A stretch of DNA of 54,359 nucleotides from a virus (Duplodnaviria; Caudoviricetes): IMG/VR virus record IMGVR_UViG_3300037761_000240, positions 1 to 54,359 of that record. One strand, 5' to 3'. Shown one piece after another: positions 17,948-27,973 of this stretch. The position numbers and the translations under genes were made by a program. The notes beneath the pieces were generated by a model that worked only from the letters and a program-made list of their open reading frames with translations, had not been told where the DNA came from and ran no database searches. Within the stretch, counting starts at the first letter, position 1, and every line of letters starts with the position of its first letter.

Positions 17948-18332
17948 TCCCGCCGGTACCGTGCGCCACGTCGATGAGCAGGCGCATCATCAATGGTGTT
18001 CTCGACAGCCAGGCGTTCGGGTTGTCCTCACGCTCGCGATCCCCGGCGTCGACTGCCATCTCCAGCTCGTCGGAAGCGGCCTCGCCCATCGGCGTCCCGG
18101 CCTCGATGGCCATGACCTGACCGTAGGCGTACATCTCGGCCAGGTTGGCCGCACGGCGCTGGAGGTAGGCCACGACGTTGGCCTTGTACCGCACCGACAT
18201 GTCGTCGATCAGGTGCGCCCGACCGATGCCGTCGACCCAGGTCTGGGTCTGGTTGAGCAGCCGGTAGATCGCCCTGCCCTGATCGAGAGCGCTCAGTGGG
18301 GAGTCCTCTGCCGGGAAAGGTGTGCCGGCCAT
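17940..18332 (-). CDS. hypothetical protein
   Basis: TGATG coupling; LLNQ..TWVD..G....IDDM. Confidence 0.65.
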   Translation of the reverse strand: MAGTPFPAEDSPLSALDQGRAIYRLLNQTQTWVDGIGRAHLIDDMSVRYKANVVAYLQRRAANLAEMYAYGQVMAIEAGTPMGEAASDELEMAVDAGDREREDNPNAWLSRTPLMMRLLIDVAHGTGGSD

Positions 18333-18559
18333 CAGGGACCCGCCATCCGGACGGCGACATCGACGAAGAAGTGCTGTGGCGATTGGCCCCGGAGCAGACC
18401 GACGTCTTCGACCCTGATCTTCATCGGCCCGTCCTCGAACCACTCCAGAGCCACGATCCGGTGCTGCACCCCGTCGTCGTCGGGGGAGCTGTAACCGGCC
18501 AGCCACTCGCCCAGAGTGCCGAGGGCCTCCTTGCGCACCCACTCGACCGTGACGCTCAT
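18332..18559 (-). CDS. hypothetical protein
   Basis: GGGAGAG RBS, MSVTVEW... Confidence 0.55.
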   Translation of the reverse strand: MSVTVEWVRKEALGTLGEWLAGYSSPDDDGVQHRIVALEWFEDGPMKIRVEDVGLLRGQSPQHFFVDVAVRMAGP

Positions 18560-18855
18560 CGGCTCTCCCGGTCCCGAGTGAAGTCGACGTAGTCGAGTCC
18601 GGTCTTCATCGACCTGGCCCCCGGCTGTGATGCGGCCTGACGTAGGTGCGGCCGTGCAGATTGCACACGGCGCACGGCTTGGTCGGGTCGAGGTCCCGCT
18701 CGGTACGGCACCAGACGCACCAGGTGGCGCGCGGGGCCTTCGGGCGGAAGACTGTCTTGTTGAGCACGGGCACGTCCTCTCGTCGGATGTCTGGCGTCGA
18801 TGGACACCGTAGCACGAGTCTGGTACGACCACAAGAAGTCGTGTATTGTCGAGAC

Positions 18856-19143
18856 ATGGCGAGCGATACAGAGCAGATCTGGCTGTCCCGGAAGGAAGTG
18901 GCCGACCGTCTCGGCGTCTCCATCCAGACTGTCTACCGCTGGACCCGGGAGGGCCGGCTGCCGGCGTACAAGGGGCCCGGTGGGCAGTACCGGCACAAGA
19001 TCTCCGACATCGACTCGGTGGTGGAGCGGATCGACCCGAAGATCCCCAGAGAGAAGTACGCCGAGATGATCGAGCAGATGCTCGGACCGGCCGAGGCCGA
19101 AGGCGACTTCGCCTATGCGCCAGACGATGAGGAGTGGCGATGA
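18856..19143 (+). CDS. BldC/Xis-like MerR-type HTH regulator at the divergence point
   Basis: WLSRKEVADRLGVSIQTVYRW..EGRL...GPGGQYR; TATTGT -10-like hexamer 6 nt upstream of ATG suggests a leaderless mRNA. Confidence 0.85.
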   Translation: MASDTEQIWLSRKEVADRLGVSIQTVYRWTREGRLPAYKGPGGQYRHKISDIDSVVERIDPKIPREKYAEMIEQMLGPAEAEGDFAYAPDDEEWR

Positions 19144-19343
19144 AGATCGTTGTCGACGTCCAAGGTCGGGGTCTCACCTATCAGACCGACCTTCCCGTCA
19201 AGATCGGCGACCAGGTAGAGGTCCCAATCGACATGTTCTGGGACCCTCACGCACCACGGTGGATTGTCGGAAATGTCCTAGCTTTGCAGTCCGACTACGA
19301 CGGACCTTGTAAGCGCGTGATCCGGATCGTCAGTAATGGCTGA
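19140..19343 (+). CDS. hypothetical protein
   Basis: ATGA coupling. Confidence 0.55.
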   Translation: MKIVVDVQGRGLTYQTDLPVKIGDQVEVPIDMFWDPHAPRWIVGNVLALQSDYDGPCKRVIRIVSNG

Positions 19344-19575
19344 GCACCCTGAGCACAAGGTCCTCGACACCGACTCCCTGGTGGAACGAAACGTCCGGGA
19401 ACCAGCCATCCCCATCCTGCCCAAGGGCACACTTGGCTGGTCGATCAGACGTGCCTGTCGGCGCGCTGGTGGACACTTCTGGCATCGGTTCGGTACCCAC
19501 TCGGCGTGCTGCAACTGCGGAGTCCAGGTCGAAGGATCCCCGAAGGACGGAGAGGGAACACCATGGCAGACGTGA
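19336..19575 (+). CDS. hypothetical Cys/His protein
   Basis: C...GGHFW...CCNCG. Confidence 0.5.
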   Translation: MAEHPEHKVLDTDSLVERNVREPAIPILPKGTLGWSIRRACRRAGGHFWHRFGTHSACCNCGVQVEGSPKDGEGTPWQT

Positions 19576-19904
19576 GCGAGGACGTCCCCCAGACGTACAA
19601 GGACCTGGGCTTCTCGGGCCTGTTCTCCGTCGAGACTGCCCTGGGCGACGATGTCGACCACCCATTGACGCCTGAGCAGGTCGACGAGTTCGAGGCCAAG
19701 CTGCCGGCGCGAGTGCCGTTCGGGTCCAACTCCGGCTGGCTCGCGCTACGAGTGAATCGGGAGGCGGTCCCGCCGACGGTCGTGCTTGTCCGCAGGGACG
19801 CCGAGGCGGTCACGGAAGTGGCCGTACGACCCCAGGGTGGAAAAGAGCAAACGTGGCAAGGTGACAACGTCGTATCGATTCGACCCCCGAAGGATCGATT
19901 GTGA
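19563..19904 (+). CDS. hypothetical protein
   Basis: GAGGG RBS. Confidence 0.55.
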   Translation: MADVSEDVPQTYKDLGFSGLFSVETALGDDVDHPLTPEQVDEFEAKLPARVPFGSNSGWLALRVNREAVPPTVVLVRRDAEAVTEVAVRPQGGKEQTWQGDNVVSIRPPKDRL

Positions 19905-20107
19905 CCGGACTGGAATGCCCCGCCTGCGACGGCCTCCGACGGCGGCGGAGCTTCACCGAACTGCTCTGCCCGACCTGCTGGCGGAAGGTGCCGGGTGACC
20001 TCCGCTCCGAGGTGTGGCGCGCGTGGCGCAACTTTCAAGACGGAGAGGTCACCTCCGACGAGCTTCGAGCCGTGCAGGCCGCCGCCATCGAGGCAGTCAA
20101 GCGGTGA
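19901..20107 (+). CDS. small zinc-finger protein
   Basis: CPAC...LLCPTCW..VP..LR..VW. Confidence 0.6.
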   Translation: MTGLECPACDGLRRRRSFTELLCPTCWRKVPGDLRSEVWRAWRNFQDGEVTSDELRAVQAAAIEAVKR

Positions 20108-20955
20108 CCACCTGGTCGTTGACGCCGTTCTTCAACGAGCTGGACCTGTTGGAGATCCGGCTCGCCACCCTCGACGAGGTGGTCGACATCCACGTCATCG
20201 CCGAGGCGACCAAGACCTACTCCGGCCGGTACAAGCCGTTGTACTTCCGGGAGAACGAAGATCGATACGCTCCCTGGAAAGACAAGATCCGCTACGTCGT
20301 GGTCGACGACATGCCGGGCGGACGGAACACGGTGGCGCCTCGCCAGCTCCTCCGGGCGGCCTCCGGTGACGACAACTGGCGCCGCGAGCACCACCAGCGT
20401 GATGCGCTGCGCCGAGGGTTGGAAGGAATGGGCCCCGAGGACAAGGTGCTGCTGTCCGACCTGGACGAGATCCTCATGCCCGAGGTCGTGCGCGAGATCG
20501 ACACCAGCAAGGGGCCCGTCCTGGACCAGTTCGGCCGCCTCGGCCGGATCCGCCCGAGCGTGTCGCTGCACCTGTACTGGCTGAACTGGCGGTGGTCGCT
20601 GATCCATCACACCCCGATCGCCTGCCTGACCAACGGTGCGGTGATGATGACCCTCGGGCCGCAGAAAGTTCGAGCACTGCCGGGCGTCCCGTTCGACAAG
20701 GGCCAGGTCTGCGGCTGGCACTTCTCCTACATGGGCGGGCTGACCGCGATCCAGAACAAACTGTCCCTGGCGGCCCACCAGGAAGTGAACAAGCCCGCCT
20801 ACAACAGGGCGGCCTGGATCCGCAAGTGCATGCAGACCGGTGAGGACCTGTTCCACCGGAAGGGCTCGATGACAAACGTGGAGCTGGACGAGCTGCCCGG
20901 CTACGTCGGAGCCAACCTCGACCGATTCGACCACATGATGGGACCAAAGCTATGA
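20104..20955 (+). CDS. GT17-family (MGAT3-like) glycosyltransferase
   Basis: FFNELDLLEIRL..L..VVD..VIAE...T.SG..KPL, E.HQRD, SDLDEI, GWHFSY. Confidence 0.85.
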   Translation: MTTWSLTPFFNELDLLEIRLATLDEVVDIHVIAEATKTYSGRYKPLYFRENEDRYAPWKDKIRYVVVDDMPGGRNTVAPRQLLRAASGDDNWRREHHQRDALRRGLEGMGPEDKVLLSDLDEILMPEVVREIDTSKGPVLDQFGRLGRIRPSVSLHLYWLNWRWSLIHHTPIACLTNGAVMMTLGPQKVRALPGVPFDKGQVCGWHFSYMGGLTAIQNKLSLAAHQEVNKPAYNRAAWIRKCMQTGEDLFHRKGSMTNVELDELPGYVGANLDRFDHMMGPKL

Positions 20956-21656
20956 GCGACGACCTGATCGTCATCGTCCCGACCAGAGGCCGGCCGGGCA
21001 ACGCGGTCGAGCTGATCAGGGCATTCGAGAAGACCCGCACGAAGGCCAAGGCCGTCTTCGTCATCGACGAGGACGACCCGTACGTCGAGGCTTACCTGCA
21101 CGCGCTGTCCCGACGGCCCAACGTCATCGTGGAGATGGTCCACGCCCCCTCGACCATGGTCAAGGCGCTGAACACCTCGGCGGTCGGTCGTGCCAACTCC
21201 ATCGACCCCCCGTTCGCCATCGCGTTCATGGGCGACGATCATCGTCCCCGGACCGAAGGATGGGACCGGGCCTACGTCGAGGCGTTGAAGAATCTGGGCA
21301 CCGGCATTGTCTACGGCAACGACCTGCTCCAGGGTGAAGCCCTGCCCACCCAGGTGGCGATGACCTCGGACATCATCCGCAAGCTCGGTTACATGGCGCC
21401 GCCGAGCCTGCACCACCTCTACGTGGACAACTTCTGGCTGCGCCTCGGCCACGAAATCGGTTGGAGATACATGCCCGACGTGATCGTCGAGCACGTGCAC
21501 CCGGGAGCCAAGAAGGCCGAGTGGGACGAGGGCTACGAGCGGGTCAACGCGGATGAGATGTGGAGCCACGACAAGAAGGCGTTCCGGACCTACATGCGGA
21601 CCGGATTCGCCCCTGACGCCGCCAAGCTGAAGTCGATGATCCGGAGCAAGCGATAA
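20952..21656 (+). CDS. GT-A/GT2-like glycosyltransferase
   Basis: IVIVPTRGRP, FMGDD (DxD-like), HLYVDN, EHVHP. Confidence 0.8.
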   Translation: MSDDLIVIVPTRGRPGNAVELIRAFEKTRTKAKAVFVIDEDDPYVEAYLHALSRRPNVIVEMVHAPSTMVKALNTSAVGRANSIDPPFAIAFMGDDHRPRTEGWDRAYVEALKNLGTGIVYGNDLLQGEALPTQVAMTSDIIRKLGYMAPPSLHHLYVDNFWLRLGHEIGWRYMPDVIVEHVHPGAKKAEWDEGYERVNADEMWSHDKKAFRTYMRTGFAPDAAKLKSMIRSKR

Positions 21657-22228
21657 TGCGCGTCCGGCTGCGCGAGCTGCTGTCCCCAAGAGACCAACGC
21701 CGGCTCTACGCCGAACCGCACCAGCACACCAAGTGGTTCGACCATCGAGTCAGAGTCGACGTCACCGTGGCTGTTGCGACCCGGTTCCTCGGTGCCGGTG
21801 GCATCATCGCCGACCTGTCCTGCGGAGACGCTGCGATCCCACGTCGGATCGCCGAGCTGTGCAACACCAGCAAGATCACCCTGGGTGACTTCGCCCCCGG
21901 CTATGAACTGACCGGTCCGATCGAACGGACCATCGAGCAGATCGAACCGAACTCGGTGAACCTGTGGGTGTGTTCGGAGACAATCGAGCACCTCGACGAT
22001 CCGGACGCTGTGCTGGCCCAGATCCGCAAGCGGGCCGACACGATGGTCCTGTCCACCCCGGACGGAGAGACCGACCCGTCGCGCAACCCCGAGCACCTGT
22101 GGGGATGGGACTCCGAGGCCGTCGAGAAGATGCTTCGAGACACCGGGTGGAAGCCGCTGGTGAAGACAAGTCTGGACTTGCGACCGGCCGGCTACGAGTA
22201 CTGCTACCAGATCTGGATGGTCGAATGA
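21656..22228 (+). CDS. class I SAM-dependent methyltransferase
   Basis: ADLSCGD, SETIEHLDDP, LSTP. Confidence 0.8.
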   Translation: MRVRLRELLSPRDQRRLYAEPHQHTKWFDHRVRVDVTVAVATRFLGAGGIIADLSCGDAAIPRRIAELCNTSKITLGDFAPGYELTGPIERTIEQIEPNSVNLWVCSETIEHLDDPDAVLAQIRKRADTMVLSTPDGETDPSRNPEHLWGWDSEAVEKMLRDTGWKPLVKTSLDLRPAGYEYCYQIWMVE

Positions 22229-23109
22229 TGAAGGTCCTGATCACGGGCAGTGCCGGGTTCCTCGGCCGGCACTTCGCCAAGGCCCTGCGGGAGAACGACC
22301 TGACCTTCTTCGACATCACAGGAGGTGTCGACGTCCGCGACTTCTTCCAGGGCCGACTGGCCGAAGCGCACGACCACTACGACCTGGTCATTCACGCGGC
22401 GGCCCACATTGGTGGCAGGTCCGACATCGAGGGCCGGCCGACCTACCTCGGCGCCTACAACCTCCAGCTCGACGGAGCCCTGTTCGAGTGGGCGATCCGC
22501 AACAAGCCTGGCGCTGTGATCTACCTGTCGTCCTCGGCGGTCTACCCGGTCATCATGCAGGACGGGCTGAGCGCGCGCCGGCTGGCCGAGCACGACGTCA
22601 GTCTGAGAGATCCTCGCCTGCCCGATGCCACCTACGGGTGGACCAAGCTGACCGGCGAGCGACTCGCCGCCGAGTACATGGCCGAGGGCGGCCGGGTGCA
22701 CGTGGTGCGGCCGTTCTCTGGCTACGGCGAGGACCAGAGCCTGGACTACCCGTTCCCCTCGTTCGCCCAGCGGGCTCTAAGGCGTGAGGACCCATTCGAG
22801 ATCTGGGGCAACGGGCGACAGGTTCGGGACTGGATCCACGTTGATGACGTGGTCGCTGGGGCGTTGGCCGTCTTCGAGCAGGACGTGCGCAGCCCGGTCA
22901 ACCTGTGCAGCGGTGTGGGTGTGAGCTTCAACGAGCTGGCCGAGATGTTCGCCGAGGCTATCGGCTACGAGCCGACCTTGGAGCACCAACTCGACGCACC
23001 GTCCGGGGTGGTTCACCGGGTCGGTGACCCGAGGAAGATGTTCGAGATCTACATGCCGAAGGTGAGCCTGGTAGAAGGCGTCCATCGAGCGTTGGGAATC
23101 GAGCCGTGA
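22225..23109 (+). CDS. NAD-dependent epimerase/dehydratase
   Basis: ITGSAGFLG, SSSAVY, YGWTK, RDWIHVDD. Confidence 0.92.
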   Translation: MMKVLITGSAGFLGRHFAKALRENDLTFFDITGGVDVRDFFQGRLAEAHDHYDLVIHAAAHIGGRSDIEGRPTYLGAYNLQLDGALFEWAIRNKPGAVIYLSSSAVYPVIMQDGLSARRLAEHDVSLRDPRLPDATYGWTKLTGERLAAEYMAEGGRVHVVRPFSGYGEDQSLDYPFPSFAQRALRREDPFEIWGNGRQVRDWIHVDDVVAGALAVFEQDVRSPVNLCSGVGVSFNELAEMFAEAIGYEPTLEHQLDAPSGVVHRVGDPRKMFEIYMPKVSLVEGVHRALGIEP

Positions 23110-23288
23110 CCGAGGAGTGCGGGAAGCACGACCGGACCGGCATGGCCGAGACGTTGCTGGTCCACTACCCACGTGGTTCCACTCATGACGGTGTCCACTG
23201 CCAGTGCGGACGTACGTTCTGTTGCAGCGTGACCATGGCCGACCATCAGGCTGACGAGATTCGTAAGACCGGAACATGGGAGTTGTGA
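23106..23288 (+). CDS. small Cys/His protein
   Basis: coupled ORF; HCQCG...HQA. Confidence 0.5.
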   Translation: MTEECGKHDRTGMAETLLVHYPRGSTHDGVHCQCGRTFCCSVTMADHQADEIRKTGTWEL

Positions 23289-23647
23289 TGAACGAAGTCA
23301 CCTTGTCGATCGAACAGACTTTGTCGATCGAACAGCGGGAACGGATCGAAGCGCTGAAGGCAGCAGCTTCAATCCTTCGCGATCATGCTGTGAACCAAGC
23401 CGAGATCAGCTCGGTCGACATCATCAACCTGGCATTCTGGATCCACACCGGGATCGACCCTCACGACGCACGGATTCGAGTGCGCGCGCCGAACCCCTTC
23501 CCGGACGCGGCCGAGTGGCGTGCCAACGAGGCGCCCGTCCCACGCTGCCAGCACGTCAGCGGCTCACCGTGGGGACCAACGCAATGCGCGCTCCCGGAGG
23601 GACACACCGAACGTCACGCTTACAGTCCGTCAGAGTCCGGTTCGTGA
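23288..23647 (+). CDS. hypothetical protein
   Basis: C-terminal C..C.LPEGH...H motif. Confidence 0.55.
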   Translation: MNEVTLSIEQTLSIEQRERIEALKAAASILRDHAVNQAEISSVDIINLAFWIHTGIDPHDARIRVRAPNPFPDAAEWRANEAPVPRCQHVSGSPWGPTQCALPEGHTERHAYSPSESGS

Positions 23648-23867
23648 GTTCTCCAGCGACCTACAACTCTCCGGCCGGCTGGGCCGAACGGGCCACCATG
23701 CGCGACGACACCCTGCCGCACCAGATCAAGCTGCTCGCTCCGACGGGCCGCAGGCAGCACTTGCTGGTCTCGTGCAACTGTCGCTATGGCGATGAGGCGA
23801 TTGCGAAGATCGACACGTGCGAGCAGGCGTGGATCGCCTACAACAGCTACCACCAGGAGATGACGTG

Positions 23868-24032
23868 ATGGCCAAGAAGAACAAGCGACCCCAGTCCGAG
23901 ATCGACGCTCCGGAGGTTCCCGAGCCGGTCCACTTGGTCCAGAACACCGGGATGAACCGCGCCGAGCGGCGGAGCAAGGGCATTCGTGGACCGGGTCTGA
24001 GCAGCAACCGCCCCTACCGAAGGCGTAGTTGA
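23868..24032 (+). CDS. small basic protein
   Basis: AGGAG RBS, MAKKNKR...NRAERR. Confidence 0.55.
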   Translation: MAKKNKRPQSEIDAPEVPEPVHLVQNTGMNRAERRSKGIRGPGLSSNRPYRRRS

Positions 24033-24058
24033 CAGCATCGACAAAGTCATGAGACGAT
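24029..24058 (+). promoter_or_regulatory. putative promoter
   Basis: TTGACA-N18-GACGAT upstream of an AGGAGG RBS. Confidence 0.6.
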
Positions 24059-24094
24059 GTCCTCGACGCCAGACATTCGACGTAGGAGGACACC

Positions 24095-24367
24095 ATGGAC
24101 ACTGACGCACAAGGGCGACCGACCACCGTTGCCGGCGCGCTCGTCGCAGCCCTCGTCGCCAAGAACGTTGATGCCGCTGCCTGGACGGCTGACCAACTCA
24201 TCGAGTACGAGAAGACCAACGCGGTCAAGCTGGCCGCAGCCCTGCTCGCGCTCGATGCGGCCATCGAGGCGTGCCCCGTGATCGATCGGCGGCTACTCCA
24301 GGCGCAGGACCGCCTGGCCCCCGTCATGGATCTGGCCGAGCACTACGTGGCAGAGGAGAGTGCGTGA
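24095..24367 (+). CDS. hypothetical protein
   Basis: strong RBS. Confidence 0.65.
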   Translation: MDTDAQGRPTTVAGALVAALVAKNVDAAAWTADQLIEYEKTNAVKLAAALLALDAAIEACPVIDRRLLQAQDRLAPVMDLAEHYVAEESA

Positions 24368-24909
24368 TGGGCAGAGAGGTTCGCAGGACACCAGTCGGTT
24401 ACGAACCGCCGCTGCACAGCGACGTCAACCCTCACTGGGGGCGAAACGCGTGGGACTGGACCGGCGCAGGTCGGCACTTCCAGCCGCAGTTCGACAGGTC
24501 GCTGCGCCAGGCTCAGGCCGACTGGGACGAGGGACAACGAAAGTGGGACAGCGGCGAAGACCCCGACCGCGAGCGTTTCATCAAGGACAATGGCGAGCCG
24601 TACCCGTACGAGGAGTGGAACGGCGAGCGTCCCGGAGACAACGATCTGTACTACCGGCCGGACTGGCCTGAGGACGTCGAGCTGGGCTATCAGTTCTACG
24701 AGACGGTCAGCGAGGGCACACCGCTGTCTCCGTCGTTCGCCACTGCCGAGGAGTTGGCACGGTTCCTGGTCGACAAACTGTCGATATTCGACTCGTTCGA
24801 GGCCGCGATGCGCTTCGTCGATGTCGGCTGGGCTCCGTCCTTCATGGACAAGGGAGACGGACGTGGCTTACAGCCCGGCTACGAGGTCGTCGCCGAGGAA
24901 GGTCCGTGA
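24367..24909 (+). CDS. phage hypothetical protein
   Basis: MGREVRR...YQFYETVSEGTPLSP.F.T.EELA. Confidence 0.7.
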   Translation: MGREVRRTPVGYEPPLHSDVNPHWGRNAWDWTGAGRHFQPQFDRSLRQAQADWDEGQRKWDSGEDPDRERFIKDNGEPYPYEEWNGERPGDNDLYYRPDWPEDVELGYQFYETVSEGTPLSPSFATAEELARFLVDKLSIFDSFEAAMRFVDVGWAPSFMDKGDGRGLQPGYEVVAEEGP

Positions 24910-25178
24910 TGGCCATTCATGTCGAGACGACCCTGGTCCTCATCCCCGAAGGTGGCGCCGTAGCTTGCAGCGAACAGTACGGTGTGCGCTGGCACGGAGT
25001 CGACCCCTCATCTCACAGGCACGAGGGGCAGGTCACCTGGTACTCAGAGGACTTCGCCCGCAGGGCTGCCGATCGGTACCGTCAGAGCGAGACCTCCGAC
25101 GACGACACCGAGTGGGCCGAGCTGGTCCGCCGAGACGTGGTCACCGTCTACGGTCCAGTCGAGACGGTGTCGACATGA
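24906..25178 (+). CDS. hypothetical protein
   Basis: coupled ORF. Confidence 0.55.
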   Translation: MMAIHVETTLVLIPEGGAVACSEQYGVRWHGVDPSSHRHEGQVTWYSEDFARRAADRYRQSETSDDDTEWAELVRRDVVTVYGPVETVST

Positions 25179-25368
25179 GCGAGTGGGAGCTTCGAGAGTC
25201 CTTCGGGTGCGTCAGCCACCTGGTGAAGAGCCCCGGCCAGGCCGGCGCGTTCCGGACCACCGCGTGCGGAAAGAAAATCCGGACGTTCACGACAGGTGAC
25301 CTGCTTCCCAGTTGCCGGGTCTGCAACCGGATCGCGTCCGGTGCCACCGTGGGGCTCAGGTGGAAGAC

Positions 25369-25845
25369 GTGAGCACCGAGAAGCCTCCCGAGCTGGTGGT
25401 CGGTTACGCCGGCAGCAGCGACAAGATCTTCGACCCGTACAAGAGCGACGAGCGCGAGTGCAACATGTGCAGCGCTCCGATCGGGTGGATCCCCTGGGGC
25501 CAGGCCGGCGCCGAGTACCGGAACACGTGGCGGCCGTTCTACTACGTGGCTGATCACCTGTTCACGCACGCTCGCTTCTGTGAGAACTGCTGGCAGTGGC
25601 TGGTCAAGCTGCCGCGCGAGGTCACGCCGGTCGCCGTACTGCGCCGGGCCTACGACGGGGAGAACACCAGGCCGTGCCCGGTCGAGCTGTTCGTCGCCGC
25701 CGACCATAGCAACTGTGCAGAGTGTGAGGGTCGGATGGAGGTCGCCTTCCGAGGCTTGACCTGGCCGATCCTGATGAACTGCCCGACCTGCGGTGGCGCG
25801 CCGCACCCGCTGATGCCGCACCTGCATCGTGAGGAAAGGTCGTGA
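25369..25845 (+). CDS. Cys-rich zinc-binding protein
   Basis: four CxxC pairs. Confidence 0.6.
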   Translation: MSTEKPPELVVGYAGSSDKIFDPYKSDERECNMCSAPIGWIPWGQAGAEYRNTWRPFYYVADHLFTHARFCENCWQWLVKLPREVTPVAVLRRAYDGENTRPCPVELFVAADHSNCAECEGRMEVAFRGLTWPILMNCPTCGGAPHPLMPHLHREERS

Positions 25846-26214
25846 TCAGCTCTGCTGGACGAGGCACGCTCGTCGTCGACAGTGCAGGACTGGCACCGGG
25901 CTACGTCCCACCGTCTGCCTCGTTGACGCCACCGATCGAGGACGTGGTCGTGGGTGACTACATCTCCGACATCCAGGCTGAACTGGACCGCATCGACCCG
26001 CCCGACCACTTCGAGATCCCGCACACGATCGTGACCGACGAGGAATGGGAGCGAGCATGATCGACTCCGGTACCTGTCCTGTCTGCGGACGCGAGAAAGT
26101 CCACCTGAACGTCCTGAGCGGAAAGCTGATCCGTCACACTCGACTGGAAGGCAACCAGCACCGAAGGTGTCCGGGCTCGAACACACCGCCGGCCGGATCG
26201 AGAGCGGTGGACTA

Positions 26215-26535
26215 ATGAACCACCGGGCATCGGTCGAGGCAGCCCTGACGCGACAGTTGCTGAAGGTCGCCGAAGAGGAGAACGCTCGGGTACCCAGGGT
26301 CTTCGTCGTCAACGAACTCGGGCTGACGATCTCGATGTCTCACAACGACTACTACACCCACACCGGGGTGAGCCAGGCCGCTCAGGCCGCAGTCGACATC
26401 ATGATCGACGACGGCGTGCCTCCCGTGATGGCATGGAAGATGGCCTTGGAGATGGACAGACAGGGCGACGCCGAGGCCCAGGCCCGGCACTTCGTCGAAC
26501 TGCGTCGATTCGCCCGGCGAGTGGACGTGCCATGA
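26215..26535 (+). CDS. hypothetical protein
   Basis: ORF in the rightward gene string. Confidence 0.55.
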   Translation: MNHRASVEAALTRQLLKVAEEENARVPRVFVVNELGLTISMSHNDYYTHTGVSQAAQAAVDIMIDDGVPPVMAWKMALEMDRQGDAEAQARHFVELRRFARRVDVP

Positions 26536-26575
26536 TGGAGTCTGTGACAAACGACAACGATTGAGGGAACATCCG

Positions 26576-26788
26576 ATGAGCGACCAGGAAGAGTTCGGAG
26601 ATGGTGTCGGTGGTCCGGTCTCGGCCGGACTCCGCAGCCGTTACGAGATCGATGGCCGCCTGCTCTGGCTGCTACGCAAGGCCGGTGACGAATGGGGTCC
26701 GCTCGGAGTGGCGCTGACTGCCGCCGACCTGCTTCCTCCACCCGCTCGCAGGACATTGATCTACGAGCTGACCAAGCACGACGATTGA
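26576..26788 (+). CDS. hypothetical protein
   Basis: GAGGG RBS. Confidence 0.55.
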   Translation: MSDQEEFGDGVGGPVSAGLRSRYEIDGRLLWLLRKAGDEWGPLGVALTAADLLPPPARRTLIYELTKHDD

Positions 26789-26797
26789 GAGGACGCC

Positions 26798-27430
26798 ATG
26801 GACCTGCCGACGTTCGTCATGGACAAGAAGATGGCCGAGGCAAGGCTGGCCGCCTACGAGGGGCTGCTCGACGAGCAGCGGACCGCCGAGGATGAGCAGA
26901 TCAAGCGCGGGTACCGCTCGGCCGCCAAGGGCTTCCCGGTGCTGCGGCTGTCCGAGACGATCGCGTCCGGCGGCTACTTCGACAGCGGCCTGCCGAAGAT
27001 CGCCATCGCCCGCGCCGACGCCAAGCTCTGCATCGTCGAACGAGACACCAACTGGCGGAGCAATCCCGAGCACGACTTCGTCTTCTGCGACGACGAGGCA
27101 CGGGAGAATCGGGGTGCGCTGATCGGGCAGCACACCGTGCGGGTCACGGTGCCGTTCGTCGAGCCGCGAGCGACCACGATGGCGGGTCGACTGCGGCTCG
27201 GTCAGACCATCGTCCCGATCATCCCGCCCGAGCTGCGCCCGAAGCCTCGCCGGATGCGAGGGTTCCACATCCTGTTCGAGGTCGAGGAATGGAAGCCGCT
27301 GCGGCGACGCGGCGGCGCGGTCCCCGGCGACCCGGCACTGCTGCGCCACATCGGCGGCGACCTGTGGTCGGTGGTCGGGGTCTGGGACCTGACCGACTTG
27401 GAGCGCGCGGTCCTGTCGGGTCGTGCGTGA
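26798..27430 (+). CDS. hypothetical protein
   Basis: GAGAGGA RBS; VP.IPP..RP, HILFEVE.W, DPALL.H.GGDLW.V...WDLT.LER. Confidence 0.75.
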   Translation: MDLPTFVMDKKMAEARLAAYEGLLDEQRTAEDEQIKRGYRSAAKGFPVLRLSETIASGGYFDSGLPKIAIARADAKLCIVERDTNWRSNPEHDFVFCDDEARENRGALIGQHTVRVTVPFVEPRATTMAGRLRLGQTIVPIIPPELRPKPRRMRGFHILFEVEEWKPLRRRGGAVPGDPALLRHIGGDLWSVVGVWDLTDLERAVLSGRA

Positions 27431-27548
27431 TGGTCGAGACTCCGAAGCCGAAGTCCTCGGTGCAGAAAGGTGTCGACAAGGCCATCGAGGACGGTCAGAC
27501 CAGCGACACCAACAGGGACACCGAACGTCCGAAACCGAGCAACGGCAA

Positions 27549-27947
27549 GTGAAGATTCGCAACTGCCGGCGCTGCGGCTGGACGACTCTGGACGGTCCGA
27601 CCTTCCGAGCCCGACCGGACGAGCGTGGAGAGCACCGCAGGTACAGCGGCCGAGGGCTGTGCACCACCTGCTACGAAGCCGAGCGCCGCAACGGCGACCT
27701 CGACCGGTGGCCGCGTGTCAACTGGCGCACTGACGATCTGCTCGACGAGTGGGCCCTGTTGCGCAGTGACGGGGTGGTCGACATCATCGAGGCTGCACAG
27801 CGGATCGGAGTGAGTCCACACGCATTGGATCGGGCTCTGCACCGGGCCACCGCTGCCGGCGACGACCGAGGCCGGCACATCGGCTGCCGACGACTGGATC
27901 ATCTCAGGACTCGAAGTGACTTGACAACCATGGCGGCAGGGGTGTAG
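27549..27947 (+). CDS. zinc-ribbon + HTH protein
   Basis: CRRC...RGLCTTCY, AAQRIGVS..AL.RAL. Confidence 0.65.
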   Translation: MKIRNCRRCGWTTLDGPTFRARPDERGEHRRYSGRGLCTTCYEAERRNGDLDRWPRVNWRTDDLLDEWALLRSDGVVDIIEAAQRIGVSPHALDRALHRATAAGDDRGRHIGCRRLDHLRTRSDLTTMAAGV

Positions 27948-27950
27948 GCA
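27921..27950 (+). promoter_or_regulatory. putative promoter for the tRNA-like operon
   Basis: perfect TTGACA, N18, imperfect -10 TAGGCA, about 24 nt upstream of the first tRNA-like gene. Confidence 0.45.
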
Positions 27951-27973
27951 TTACACATACAACTTCAAAGACT

